Source: Azolla caroliniana (lineage: Eukaryota > Plantae > Polypodiophyta). Taken from it: a stretch of DNA of 64,000 nucleotides. The notes under the pieces are model-generated. The model did no database searches. It was given only the letters and a program-made list of their open reading frames with translations, and had not been told where the DNA came from. The stretch covers positions 4,712,001-4,776,000 of the forward strand of contig JBHGNT010000012.1 of the NCBI GenBank assembly GCA_043228905.1, written 5' to 3'. Of this stretch, positions 1-12,896 are shown piece after piece. Position 1 is the first letter of the stretch, and every line of letters starts with the position of its first letter. The position numbers were made by a program, and so were the translations under genes.

Positions 1-402
1 TAGGTAAGTAATTATGCAAGGGTTAATTAGTACCTAATTATGTGATGATTTGATAAGCGGAAGATTAAGTGATATGTGTGTGTATGGGTGTGAGAGGAAG
101 AGAGAGAGAGAGATACACTTATGAACAACACAAGATGGGGGATGAGTAACTATATTAAATTAGCATTATCATCATCAAATACAAAAATACCCACAATGAG
201 GTATATATACATCTCATGTGCAAAGGTCCACATGTGTGAGTAGAATATAGGTACTAAGGTGTAAGTCCTATATTAAATGTACTTAGGAGTGGAGGATATA
301 GAATATCCCACTTAAGTACAAAGTCCTATGTAAGGCGTTATAGTCAACACTCCTAACTAGATTCTATCTAGGTAACTATGAAGTTACAAGGGGCCCGTAA
401 CA
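1..402 (-). repeat. LTR at the 3' end of the minus-strand chromovirus (runs off window start); chimeric
   Basis: On the minus strand the PPT AAAGAGGGGGAGTA (403-416) is followed by TGTTACGGGC (402-393). Bases 1-388 are near-identical to the solo LTR at 25335-25789, not to the element's own 5' LTR. Confidence 0.8.
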
Positions 403-1780
403 TACTCCCCCTCTTTAAAACATTGCACTCTTGCAATGGAAAGTTAGGGAAGTTAGTTCTGAAAGAATATTCGCGTTCCCATGTGGCATCTTTTATTGAT
501 TTATCTATCCATTTTATTTTAAATTCTCGGATTTCTTTAGTACGTAATTTTTTTGTTTTAACATCGAGAATTCTTTTTGGTACATGTGGTTTAGAAGATA
601 ATTCTTTTTGGTACATGAGTTTCAATTGTAACTATATTGTCGCTAGAACCTAGAAGTTCTTTTAGACGATTCACATGAAAAACTGGATGAATTTAAACAC
701 CATTGGGAAGAGCGAGACGATAGGCTGATGACCTAATGCATTTGAGGACTGTAAAAGGTCCACAAAACCGTGGGGCTAACTTAGCCCACTTACCCTTAGA
801 CAATGTCTTAGAATTGTGAGGTACATGTAAAAATACCTTCTGTCTAGGGTTGAATACACGAGGTTGCCTATGATGATCGACATAAAGACACACTCTATCT
901 TGAGCTGTTTTTATATTATCTCATGCAATATGCAACATATCTTGCATATCCCGAAGAAAGTTTTGCGTACTTCCCAACTCATCATCATGTATATTAACAT
1001 CAATCGGGGCTCGTGGCTGAAAATCATACATCAACATAAAAGGACTATATCCTGTCGACTTATGCTTGGAGCTGTTATAAGCAAACTCCAAAATTGGGAG
1101 ATAACGTTGTCGTGAGGAAAACCGTCCCCAGGCGCAAACCGTGTGTAGCGTGTGTGAACCGGCCCTTACACGTGGGCACACCCCTTGTTGTATAGTAGAT
1201 AGGTAGGTACAAAAGTCAAATCCTAGGTGGCAATATTCTATAGGGAGAATCAAGGAGTATCTCTAATGTATACGGGTGAAAACGGTCTCCCTCCTTGAGA
1301 TATAAAATAGAGGGAGACGGGGGGGAGAGAGGGGGTATCGCGGGGAAGAGGGGACGAAGTGCTGTCGGACTGGGACCGAGCCCTTCTTTGTCATTCTCCA
1401 TAGCTTTCCTTTGCGTAGGTTCTCGAGAGGCTGATTCTGCTCCGTGGAACGCCCGTGTGCTTCCGGCAGAATCTCCATCTTTCTCCCCTACGCGCATGGG
1501 TGATAAGGTGTCGGTATCCGTCTAGCCGACCTGATCGGTTGTAGCCGTCCGCGTCGTCTGCATACATATATTTATATACATACACTGGTGTTCTTATACT
1601 CTATTCCCCGTTCAACTTGTGTCTCCTGTGTTGTTGGGGCGTGTTCCCGTGCGCTTCTCTGTCTATACGTGTGTGAGCGTGTCTCTCTCTCTCTCTCCCT
1701 TTTCTCACCTATTCCTCGGTCCAAGACCCCAGTGGTCCCGCCTTGTTCCCCACGCACGCGCGTAATAACGTGACATCATT

Positions 1781-1798
1781 TGGTGAACCCAACGTGAA
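1781..1798 (+). promoter_or_regulatory. Primer binding site complementary to tRNA-Trp 3' end
   Basis: TGGTGAACCCAACGTGAA matches the reverse complement of the plant tRNA-Trp 3' end (..TTCACGTCGGGTTCACCA, recalled from memory) with one mismatch, 5 nt after the 5' LTR. Confidence 0.8.
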
Positions 1799-1819
1799 AA
1801 GGCGGCAGAGGAGTAGAAG

Positions 1820-3782
1820 ATGAGGGGGTCGGATCTCGTAGAAGCCATGGCTTCGGCTGTGGACCGTATAGTGAGCGCGCGCGAAGGCACCGGCGCCCTT
1901 GATAGGGTTATCGAGGCTGTTGTCGGTACGATCGGCCGGTTTAGTGGGAAGGATGCCACGAGCTACTTGGCGTCCTACCGGGCTGAGATGGTAATGAGGG
2001 ACATTCCGGAAGAGAGGCATCTAGCCGGATTCCCTCGAGTGGCGATGCCGGGCATCCATACGGAGGTGCTCGAGGTATGGGCAGAGAGCCGGACCTGGGA
2101 GGAGTTCGAAGGTCGGCTCCTCGAAAAATACGGGCTTGAAGATGCGCTTCGACTTTCGAAGCGGGACTTCATGGAGTGGGTGGAGACCCCCGACAAAGGA
2201 AGGAACGCGTCGGTGCTCCTCCGGGAGTTTGAGGAACGCTTCGCGCGCCTCTCGGTGCTTGACCGGACCATTCTGGACACAAGTCGTGTCCTATTGTTTG
2301 TTAAGTCAGTTCACGAGTGGGATCGGGAGCAAGTAGGCCTCCTATTGGAGACTGATGATGGGCTGATGGCCGACTGGGCTGTGGTGAAGAGGGTCTGTGG
2401 CCGTTTCGACAAATGCCGGGAATGGGTTGACAAAGGATCGACATGGGCGGGCTCTGTCACAGCAAGGAAGCTCGAGCCAACACCACCAACGCGAAGGGAA
2501 GAGACCTAAGATTGGCTCGAGACCGGATCGACTTCGACCGGCATGGTCAAGGGCTCGCCCGGGGGAGCAGCTCTGGAGGAACTGACGCGGATGGTAAAAG
2601 ATCTCCAGATTGCCCAGGCACGGAGGGACGGTGGCGAACAGGCCCGTGACCGACGACCTCTGGTTGGAAACAGGTGCATGTGGTGTGATGCAGTTGGCCA
2701 CATCCGGAAGGACTGCGGGGACTTCGCCGAGGTGATGAGAAGCAACGTGGTGTACCTATGGAACGGTCGGGTGCACGCCAACGAGACCCGAAGGCCCTTG
2801 GACTTGAATGTCGGGCGAGGAGGTATGAAAAGGCTGATGGAGGAGGCGGCGGCTCGTCACGCGGAGACCGTCCACTATTCGGCGTCGGCTGGTATTCGGG
2901 TCGGAGGTGGCGAGGCCCCGAAGACGAACAATGCCGGGTTCTGGCCGACTATGCTAGAAGGCCTTGCCGGCGCACGACTAAGGAAAGAAGAGGCGGACCG
3001 TGCGGAAAAACGGGTCTGGGAGGTAACCGGGTGGAGTGACCCGGTGGAAGAAAAGACGGGCTTCGTCGAAGCCGCTTGTCAAAACTACGAGGCTTTGGTG
3101 GAGGACAAGCGGGTAGGGAAAACCGGAGGGGCCGGGCCCTCGCAACGATACGAAACCCAATTCGGGCAAAGGCGGAATGAGGCCGGTGTAATCGGCGCCC
3201 AGGATAATCCCAAGAAGGGCGGGTACCGGTTGGGTACCGGAGAAGCCGGTGGAGGTGCCGACGACGCACATAGAGGACATGGCGCTGGAAGACGAGTTGG
3301 CGAAGATTCACTATTCGAGGCCACACTGGGCTAGAGCGACCACGGAGACCCCCGTGAAGATCGGAGATGTTCATGAGCCGGTGGTGGCGTTGGTGGACCA
3401 CGGTTCAGAAATCAATTTGATGTCCATGGACTTCTACAAGAAGGGGAAATGGCCGATCAACACCAAGCACGGGTGGAAAATACGGGCAGCGACGCGTGCC
3501 ACCGAAGAACTGCATGGAGCCTGCCCGAATGTACGAGTAAAGATCGGCGATGTCGAGATTGACCAGCACTTCTTCGTGCAGGAGACGTCCTCACATCCGG
3601 TTATACTAGGAGAACCGTACATCACGGCAGCACGGATGGAGACCAAGGTGCTGGACAATGGCTCGGCCTATGCAAGGGTCAAGAGCCAGGATGGGCGCCA
3701 CTCGGTCCAGTTCCTGACTGTGAGACCGAACCATGACCGGAACCGCGAGACCCTTGGGGGCGAAAACCGAGAGGATTTTTAG
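1820..3782 (+). pseudogene. gag-protease of the Trp-primed Gypsy (one stop, one frameshift)
   Basis: ORFs 1820-2509 and 2543-3334 share a frame (knuckle CMWCDAVGHIRKDC). ORF 3249-3782 carries aspartic protease LVDHGSEIN...ILG. Confidence 0.85.
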
Positions 3783-3838
3783 AGAGGGCTATCAAGGCGT
3801 GGGGCCGCGATAGTCCGGACACTCCGGGAAAACCCCAC
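3773..3838 (+). promoter_or_regulatory. Putative -1 programmed ribosomal frameshift signal (slippery heptamer plus pseudoknot)
   Basis: G GAT TTT then TAG; 6-nt spacer; stem GGGCTATC (3786-3793)/GATAGTCC (3809-3816); loop GTGGGG (3799-3804) pairs with CCCCAC (3833-3838). The -1 frame is open into RT. Confidence 0.75.
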
Positions 3839-6800
3839 AAGTGTACGATAGCGAAGAAGACCTGTACTATAAGTAGGAAATTTTGGTTCTCCGACAACGG
3901 AGGGTGTACGATAGTCGACGTCGTTGGCCGGAAGAAGAGAAGGGCGGAGGAGCGACTTCGGGCATGTGATATCCTCGGCCCTGGAGAGGAAATCAACGGA
4001 GCCGTGGAGGCGGTCTCATTCGACGATACCTTGGGGGAGCTACGAAAGGTAGTCGGAGGAGTCCTTAAAGAGGACCGGACGATTCCGGTATGTTCGGAAA
4101 GGATGTACGAAGTCATCGCGAACTTCAGTAGAGGGCTCGAGTCGGATCGGACGGCCCGGGTGGACACGAAGTACAAGACGGTGGACCGGAAGGTGAGGCC
4201 AGTCGTGGCACCCTTGCCGGAGGGCAACGAGGGGCGGATAAAAGGGGTTGCGTCGGACCCAAGTTTACGGAATCTGGCCGACATAGGTTACCGGTTCACC
4301 GACATAACGCTACGGGAGCTCAAGGTCGGTGGGGGTGGCTTCCTACTGCCGGCGGAGGAGGATCGGTTTCGGAGAATTCTCGGGAGGCACGGGAAGGCTT
4401 TCGCATTCTCACCGGAGGAGATCGGGTGCGTAGACCCGACAGTTGTCGAACCGATGGTGATCTTCACGGTACCGCATGTACCGTGGAATCTCAAGCCGAT
4501 TCCGGTGCCAAGAGCTCACATCTTGAAGTTGATGGAGCTCCTAAAGCAAAAGGTGGAGATGGGCATCCTCGAACCGTCGAGTGCCCCATACTCGAATCGG
4601 TGGTTTACCGTGCCGAAGAAGGACGGCACGCTGCGCTTTATTCAAGACTTGCAGCCAGTCAACAAGGTGACCATTCGAAACGCAGGAATCGGATCGACAA
4701 TAGACGAGTTCGTGGAGGCCTTCGCCGAAAGGTCGATTTACTCGGTCGGTGATCTCTACTCGGGGTACGATCAGTTCCAGCTAGCCATAGAGAGCAGAGA
4801 CATCACGACAATGCGAACTCCTCTCGGCCTAGTATGGATGTGTACCCTACCGCAAGGAGGGACGAACTCAGTGGCTCACATGGTGAACACAATGAACAAG
4901 GTGCTGAGGGATTGTATTCCGGACATCACCATGCCGTTTTTGGACGACATCCCGATCAAGGGATGCCCGGTGAAGGAAAGGGACGAGAGGATCGGAGCAG
5001 ACGGGTGCCGGAAATTCGTGGTGACGCACATCGATGACTGCGAAAGGGTGCTGCAGAGGTTAGAGGGCGTGAGGCTCACCTTCTCCGGGGGAAAATCGGC
5101 CTTCGGGCAATCAGAGATCATGGTCGTCGGACACCTATGCGGGTCGTACGGCCGGAAACCGTCTCCGGCTAAGGTAGAAGCCATCTCTGCGATGAAGCCC
5201 GACTGTAGCTCGATCACGGAGGTTCGGAGGTTCTTGGGAGCATGCGCGTTCTACCACATATGGATCCCGTATTACGCCCACGTCGCGGAGCCGTTATACG
5301 GGTTGCGGCTCCGGCGCTCCGAAAGGCTGTCTACGGAAAGAGCACTCCAATTTACGTAACGGTAGACACGAGTCCGACTAGGATCGGATGGGTCGTCAAC
5401 CAAGAGGACGAGGACGACATGCGTTTCCCGATCTGGTTCGGCACGAAGGTCCTCAGCGAGCGACAACGAGGATACGCCCAGGTTAAACGCGAGCTCTGGG
5501 GTATCGTTTCGGCGGTAAAGGCCGATAAAGACTACCTGATCGGGACAGAGGTAATTATCGAGACGGACTGCCTACTGATTCTTGGCATGGTTTCTGGATG
5601 CGCGACGCCGGACCTGACAATGCTCAGGTGGATAGCGTACATCAAGTCCCTGAATCCGGAAATACGACACATTTCCGGGAAAGGTAATGCCATGGCCGAC
5701 ATGCTTTCAAGGGTGAGGTTTGAAAATGAGGGCGGCATGGTTTCGGAGGACGAGGAAGTCGGCGTGGACTTCTTCGAGGCGGCTTACGTAACAACCGGCA
5801 GGGAATGCTCTCCAACGCTTAACGATTTCGATGAGAGCAAGTACAACGGGATGTGGCCGCAGATCGGCGGGTTCCTGAAAACAATGACACCGGACGCGGC
5901 ATGGACAAGGGATGAGGCCAACCGGATTCGGAAGAAAGCATACCAATTCTTCCTCCGGGACGGGTACATATGGAAGCACCCGAAGAAAAGGAACGACATC
6001 CCGCTCCGAGTGGTGGCGAAGAAGGAGGAACAGGAGGATTTGTTGGCGGCGTACCACGATAGTCCTTGGGCTGGACACCGTGAAACGTGGGCCATGTTCG
6101 AAAAGCTAAAGGGGAAGTACCGGTGGCCGGGACTATACCGGGACGTGCATCGGTTCGTGACGACTTGCGAAAGCTATTAGGTGCACTCCATGATCCGACA
6201 CCGGGACGAGCTTCACCCGACCTACCCTCCGACCGTCCACTTCAAGTGGATGGTGGATTTGGTAACGATGCCAATGGGGGTAGGACAGATGCGGTATCTG
6301 GTGCTGGCTCGGGAGGATCTAACGAACCAGGTTGAAGGCCGAGCCCTGCAGAACAAGACGACTGCAGTCGTGTGCCAGTTTTTGATTGAGGACGTGATAT
6401 GTCGATACAGGTGCGTAGGGAAGATCGTGGCTGACCGTGGTGAGTTGGACGTAGAAGAGGCCGAAGAGCTGTTCGACCGACTAGGAGTCAATCTTTCGCT
6501 CACCACAACGTACAATCCGGAGGCGAACGGGAAGGTAGAGCGCGGACACGGGCCGATTGTCAAAGCACTAGTACGGGCGTGCAGAGGCCAAGTCGAGAAC
6601 TAGCCATGACTACTACCTTATGCCTTGTGGGCGGACCGGACTACGCACACTTCGGTAACCGGGTACATACCGGCAGAGCTTATGTTCAGACAGAAGCCGA
6701 TCATGCCAACAGAGCGAACGATCTCCTCGTGGGCCACGGTGGACTGGGGGGATGAGATGATCCGGGAGGAACTGTTGGGGCGCGGATTCGACAGCTCGAG

Positions 6801-7190
6801 TGGAGGCCGGAGGACGTAGAGCGAGCCGCGGAGAAACTTCGGGTAGCGAGGATAAGGAACAAAGCCCGGTTCGACTGAACACACTGGCTCCGGCCAAGGA
6901 AGATCGAGGAAGGCGACTGGCTGCTAGTCTACGACAGTAGCCTCGACAATCAGCACAGGGCCACGTGGAAGTTTGCGAGGAGGTGGTTCGGGCCTTACGT
7001 AGTAACAGGCGCCAACGACAATGGGACGTACCATCTCGCGGAGCTCGACGGTACGAGAATGGCGATACCGGTAGCGGGGAAGAGGATCAAAGCGTTCAAG
7101 AAACGACACGACGGTGAGCCGGAGCTAGGGGGCATGGACAGCAACGACGAGCAACCCGAGGTGGAGGACGAACTGGTAAACGAGGAATAA
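3779..7190 (+). pseudogene. pol (RT-RNase H-integrase) of the Trp-primed Gypsy, disrupted
   Basis: ORFs 4004-5359 (RT), 5242-6180 (RNase H, integrase HHCC) and 6181-6603 (integrase core, YNPEANGKVER), with a GPY-type motif near 6990. Several stops and frameshifts. Confidence 0.9.
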
Positions 7191-10100
7191 AAGCAAGGAC
7201 CGGTTTTCTCCAGTAGGAACCCAATTTTGGTGCATACCGGTGGATGTGCGGTTAGGTGGGGGCGGATGTCGTGAGGAAAACCGTCCCCAGGCGCAAACCG
7301 TGTGTAGCGTGTGTGAACCGGCCCTTACACGTGGGCATGCCTCCTATTGTATAGTAGATAGGTAGGCACAAAAGTCAAATCCTAGGTGGCAATATTCTAT
7401 AGGGAGAATCGAGGAGTATCTCTGACCGAAAGGATAGAGAATTAATGTGATGTATACGGGTGAAAACGGTCTCCCTCCTTGAGATATAAAGGAGAGGGAG
7501 ACGGGGGGGGGAGAGAGGGGGTATCGCGCGCAAGAGGGGATGAAGTGCTGTCGGATTGGGACCAAGCCCTTCTCTGTCATTCTCCATAGCTTTCCTTTGC
7601 GCAGGTTCTCGAGAGGCTAATTCTACTCCATGGAACGCCCGTGTGCTTCCGGCATAATCTCCATCTTTCTCCCTTGTGCGCGAGGGTGATTAGGCGTCGG
7701 TATCCATGTAGCCGACCTGATCAGTTGTAGCCGTCCGCGTTGTCTGCATACATATATTTATATACATACACTGGTGTTCTTATACTCTATTCCCCGTTCA
7801 ACTCGTGTCTCCTGTGTTGTTGAGGCGTGTTCCCGTGCGCTTCTCTGTCTATACGTGTGTGAGCGTGTCTCTCTCTCTCTCCCTTTTCTCACCTATTCCT
7901 CGGTCCAAGACCCCAGTGGTCCCGCCTTGTTCCCCACGCACGCGCGTAATAACGTGACAACGTTTCCATTTTGTTGGTTTTGCACCAAAGTATGCTCAAA
8001 GCATGTCCTGAATAATTGGATTTACTCGTTTTGTTTGTCCATCGGATTGAGGATGATCCGTGGAGCTCATGCTCAATGTAGTTTCTAACTTCTTGAAGAC
8101 TTGCGTCCAGAAGTCACTAGTAAACTTTGGATCTTGATCACTCACGATATCCATCGGTAACCCATCAAAATGAAATAACTAGTCAACGATATCCATCGGT
8201 AAATCACTTTGGTGAGCCAATTCAGGAGTTGTTACCGTGGTTTTAGTTGCAATAAATATGACCATTTTAGTTAGTCTATCAACCACAACCTAGATAGCAT
8301 CATGGCCTTTTTGAGTGCAAGGAAGGCTAACAATAAAATCCATTGATATAATTTCCCAGTTATTATTGGGAATGTCCAAGGGATGTAAAAGTCTTGCGAC
8401 TTTAAGTTGCTCGGCTTTGTTAACCTGACATTGGTGACATTTAGTCACATAGCTATGTATGTTAGGGCGCATCTTAGGCCAATAGAATTGAGTGGAGATT
8501 AGAACGAGTGTACGATGTATTCCAAGGTGCCCTGCAAAGGGTGCATCATGGCATTAAAAAAGAATTCTCTTTTTGACCTCAGGCAAATTTGGAACACAAA
8601 CCTTCCCATTACGGTAGAGCAGACTGTTAGCAATGTGGAAGTATTCCTTCGAGGATGTGGTGGTGTCTGTTCCAGACTCAATTCTTGCCTAGTATTTTGC
8701 AAAATAACTGTCATCATGATACTTTCCTTGAAGGTGATCATAAAGATATGATGTTATTTCAGTGAAGCTAAGTATGTTAACTTCACGGATGCGACTTAGT
8801 GCATCGACGACAGTGTTCATGGAACCTTGACGATATCGTATGGAAAAATCAAAGTCCTGGATGAGATCAACCCATCGTGCCTTACAACCTTTCAGGTCTT
8901 GTTGGTCACAAAAATATTTCAAGGACTCGTGGTCCATAGTTACCACAAAGCGATTTCCATAAAGATAATGGCGCCATGTTTTGAGTGCATGTATAACTGC
9001 AAATAATTCCTTTTCTTGAACGGTATACCGACACTGAGCCGAATCAAGTTTCTTACTCTCGAATGCTATTGGTTTACCATCTTGATATAAGACAACACCT
9101 ATAACATAATCGCTTGCATCGGTTTCAACCTCAAAAGGTTTTGAAGGATCGGGTAAAAGAAGTGAAGGAGCCTTGCACACCAGGTCCTTGAGTTCCTTAA
9201 AGGAGAGATCTAGTGTAGCATTCCACAGAATAGGTTTTGTAGACTTATGCGTTTGACCTTTTAGAAGATTAGTAAACGACGTTGTCAATTGGGAGTGATT
9301 ACGAAGGGGTTTTCGCAAAAACCCAACAAAACCAAGGAATGATCGAACTTCTCGAATATTCCGAAGAGTGGGCAAAAGCTTGATTTTCTCGATGCAAGAA
9401 GGATCAATTTCAACTCCTCGTTCGGTTATGAGATGTCCAAGATAAGTAATTGATTTCTTGAAAAACTCACATTTTGAGATCTTCGCATAAAACTGTTTGT
9501 CACGCAATGTTTGTAAAACAAAGCGGACATGTTTAGCATGTTCTTGTAATGTACGACTATAAACTAAAATATCATCCAAGAAAATAACGACAAATTTTCC
9601 AAGTTGTTCTCGGAAAATGTCATTCATTTCTTGTTGAAATGTAACCGGAGCATTGGTCAAACCAAAAGGCATAACCAAAAACTCATAATGGCCATAGCGC
9701 GTACGAAATGCTGATTTAGGAACATCGTCCTCACTTATACGAATTTGATGGTAGCTAGTACAGAGATCAAGTTTCGTAAAATACCGAGCTCCTTGGAGAC
9801 GGTCAATTAGATCATCAGCCCTGGGCAATGGATACAAATTCTTGATCGTCACTTTATTCAAGCGTTGGTAATTAATACACATACGCCATGTGCCCTCTTT
9901 CTTTTTAACCAAGAGAACTGGTGCACCCCATGGAGATTTACTATAACGTATATAACCCATTCATAAATAGTCCTTGAGTTTCTTAGATACCTCATCCTCT
10001 TCGGATCGACTTAAGCGATAAAGAGGTATACTTATTGGTGCAACGCCAGGTACAATATCTATACGATGGTCTATATTACGTTTAGGAGGTAATCCATCTG

Positions 10101-12267
10101 GTAGTTCACTCGGAAAAAGATTTCATCAAGTTGTTGTTGTTCAAAATATGTTAATTGAACCGAGACATTATCGATATTGTAAACGTGAATGTTAGGATCA
10201 AGTACACAATAAAATAGGGTAGAACAAGACAACTCAGATATTGATGGAGAGGAAACAATCGAGAGGGATTGTTTTTTTACACGTTGAATAAAATGAGTAC
10301 AATCGTTCAGTACAAATGTTATGGAATGATGAACCCAATCAATAGATAAATAAGAGTTTTTATTATAGAACTAGGGATAACCCAATATTACATCAGTGGT
10401 ACAAAGATTCATTACATGGAAGTCTATTTCCTCTATATAAGTATCAATAGAAATTCCTAATGAATGAATCGCCCCGTTGATGTATTGTACTCTTCCATTA
10501 GCCAAGTGCACCACATAGGTGTGATCACTTACGGTGGGTTGGATTCCCCATATTTGAACCAAACGATCATTCACAAAGTTGTTTGAGCTTCCCGAATCAA
10601 ACAAAAATTGTACGGGAGATCCATTGATATACCCGTTTGCACGTAGTAAATCATTGGGACCCAATACATAGTGAGGGAAAGAACATTGACAATTACTTAA
10701 ATGATGTGTATAGACCTGAAGGACATTAGGAATCTGACCTTTATGGTCTGCAGCTTTAGCTTTGCTGGCGTGCTCTTTCCGTAGGAGCTTTCGACATTGC
10801 TCTTTTGTATGACCCTTCTTTTTGCAGAATACGCAAAAAGGATGTTGTCGCTTACAATCGTGATCCATGAATTTCCCCAAAACTGTGACAAAATCTATCT
10901 AGGTATCTAGCAATTTCCCCAAAGTTCGGAGCCCACACCACCAGGCGGTGGTCTTACCGCCTAGTTCTCGGCTGACATATGCAATCTTTGTACTATCTAG
11001 CGTGGGATAGAGCTCAAAATGAGACTCCCATCAGCCCAGCCACGTGCAGATTGCTTCTTCGATTCTTTCCTTTTTTTTCTCCCATAAATGGCTTAACGAC
11101 AAACGATGGTTCACCCTGTCACTCATCAGGTCTGTTAGTCTCACGTTGTAAACTAATGACACGTGCCTTGAGAGCACTTTGAGATTGCCAAAGTTCGGTC
11201 ATCTGTTGAGCGGTGAAACTAAGGTATTGGGTTATTTGTGAAAAATACATCTCAATGGACATTTGTCCAGGAGGATTTCCTTGAGTTCCTTCCACTTGAG
11301 CGGATGACATCGGGTCGTTATTTTGAGCCATTGAATGATTATTTCTGGCAAAGAAATAGGATAAGGCCAGACAAATAGTCATAACATCATGTCGTGATGT
11401 AAACATATCATGGGCAAACATTAATTGATATCGTGACCTCACGTCAATACCCCTCTAAACGTATGAGATGAGGTTCAAGATCAGGTTATTATGGTAACAC
11501 AAATGTGTTTTAAAAACCATGGGGGTGACAAATAAATGTCTTTCCCTAATCTCTATGTCGATTTTTTCATGGCGGCTCCCCGAGGCTCAACCATGTATGT
11601 TCGTGTCATGAATAGTTTATACATGAAAAAAATGTTAACAATAAACTATGTTTTGGTGCTCACATATGTGGTTTGGGCTCTTTAAGAGCTATTAAGGGGA
11701 CCCCGAAGTGCACTTAGACCTCAAGTCTAAACATGTGTTATAGTCATATGTATCAACGATGTTGTATGGTCTTGGTCATATTTGAACTCGAGACCTCAAG
11801 AACAAATACATTAAACACTTCAGCTAACCAATTAGGTTGCTCTTTTTGAATGTTTAATGTTTCATGCGTATAAGAGATATGCAAGGCATTTGCCCATATA
11901 TGTTTTTTTAAAAGAAACATATATGTCAAGAGTCCTTATTTCCCCCTCGTTTACCACAAACTTTGTTGGTACGTTACCTAACCTCAAGTCTCGTAATTAC
12001 GATAGCATACGCCAAAGTGCAACCTAATAATGGTCAAGCCAAATGAGCCCTCTTTTCGTAGTAGGCCCACGTGGCCCATCACATGGTTACGTCATTACGA
12101 ATGCCTTTTGTAGAATGATCTCATGGTGGCATCGTATCCATGTAATGAGGGAGGAATGTTGGATACATGTGTTGTTGAGAGACAAGCTCAACATCGGCCG
12201 GATCGACTGAGCAAGTCGAGGACCGATCGGTTAGGCCGGATCGGTTGGAAACCGGTATGCAGACAGG

Positions 12268-12896
12268 TGTCATGGACACACCAAGCGTAGACTAAGACGG
12301 AGCATGCATGAACACGAACATGAACACGAATGGGAAAGAAACTAAATAATAGAGACAATGATGAGGAGAAACTAAAAAATAGAGACAATGAAGTGATGTT
12401 GATGATGGTACGGTGACGATGGTAACTCTAGAAGCAAGGGCGATGACGGAGACAGGTGATGCTTCTAGTTGGAAGGTGAACAAACTGTCATGGACTAAGA
12501 CGGAGCACGGATGATGAGGCTACGACGGAGCAATGACGAAATGACATAAGAGCATAAAGATAAAGATGAAGATTAAGGAGACAAGATTAGGCGAAATGAG
12601 AATACTAGATTGATATGTCCATGACTGGCGTTGTTCACCTTGAATTCCTTCAAGGTGAACTCAACTATTTATACTAAGTGGCATGCATACCTGTTGCACG
12701 CATGTGATACAATCGAGCATGTAGGCACTAGGTACGCATGCATGTGCCAAGTGTTAATAATACAAGGGAGAAATTATGCACATGATGCTAGCTAAAACCT
12801 ACAATGAGAAAGTATATACATGATTATATGCTGATATGTGGTTAACACATAACACTCGATTATAACATGGTCATGTCAAGAGTTCGAATCTTGACA
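12268..12896. mobile_element. Solo LTR inserted in the Copia 5' LTR
   Basis: TGTCATGG...TTGACA ends, TSD ACAGG/ACCGG; absent from the matching 3' LTR. Confidence 0.75.

Larger units (their letters stand above)
1108..7959 (+). mobile_element. Full-length GC-rich non-chromovirus Ty3/Gypsy element (Ylt1/Phygy/Selgy-like)
   Basis: LTRs 1108-1775 and 7267-7959 (TGTCGTGA...GTGACA), 4-bp TSD ACGT (1104-1107/7960-7963), PPT 7251-7266. RT motifs YKTVDRKVRPV, LPQGGTNSV and FLDDIPIKG; no chromodomain. Confidence 0.93.
417..10880 (-). pseudogene. Disrupted Gypsy pol (PR-RT-RH-INT-chromodomain), split by the 1108-7959 insertion
   Basis: ORF fragments 10371-10880 (knuckle, PR), 8689-9960 (RT/RH), 8290-8472 and 693-1107 (INT), 368-625 (chromodomain). 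Removing the insert restores integrase PTKWKRYLPILEFAYN. Confidence 0.88.

Noticed and set aside
1975-7109. Numerous antisense and alternate-frame ORFs in the GC-rich Gypsy (and likewise in the Copia at 13000-20000)
   Set aside because: Expected shadows of GC-rich coding sequence; no recognisable domains.
1108-7959. Bacterial contamination or recent foreign DNA suggested by high GC
   Set aside because: It has LTRs, PBS, PPT and a TSD within a host element, so it is an integrated retrotransposon; composition alone does not show transfer.
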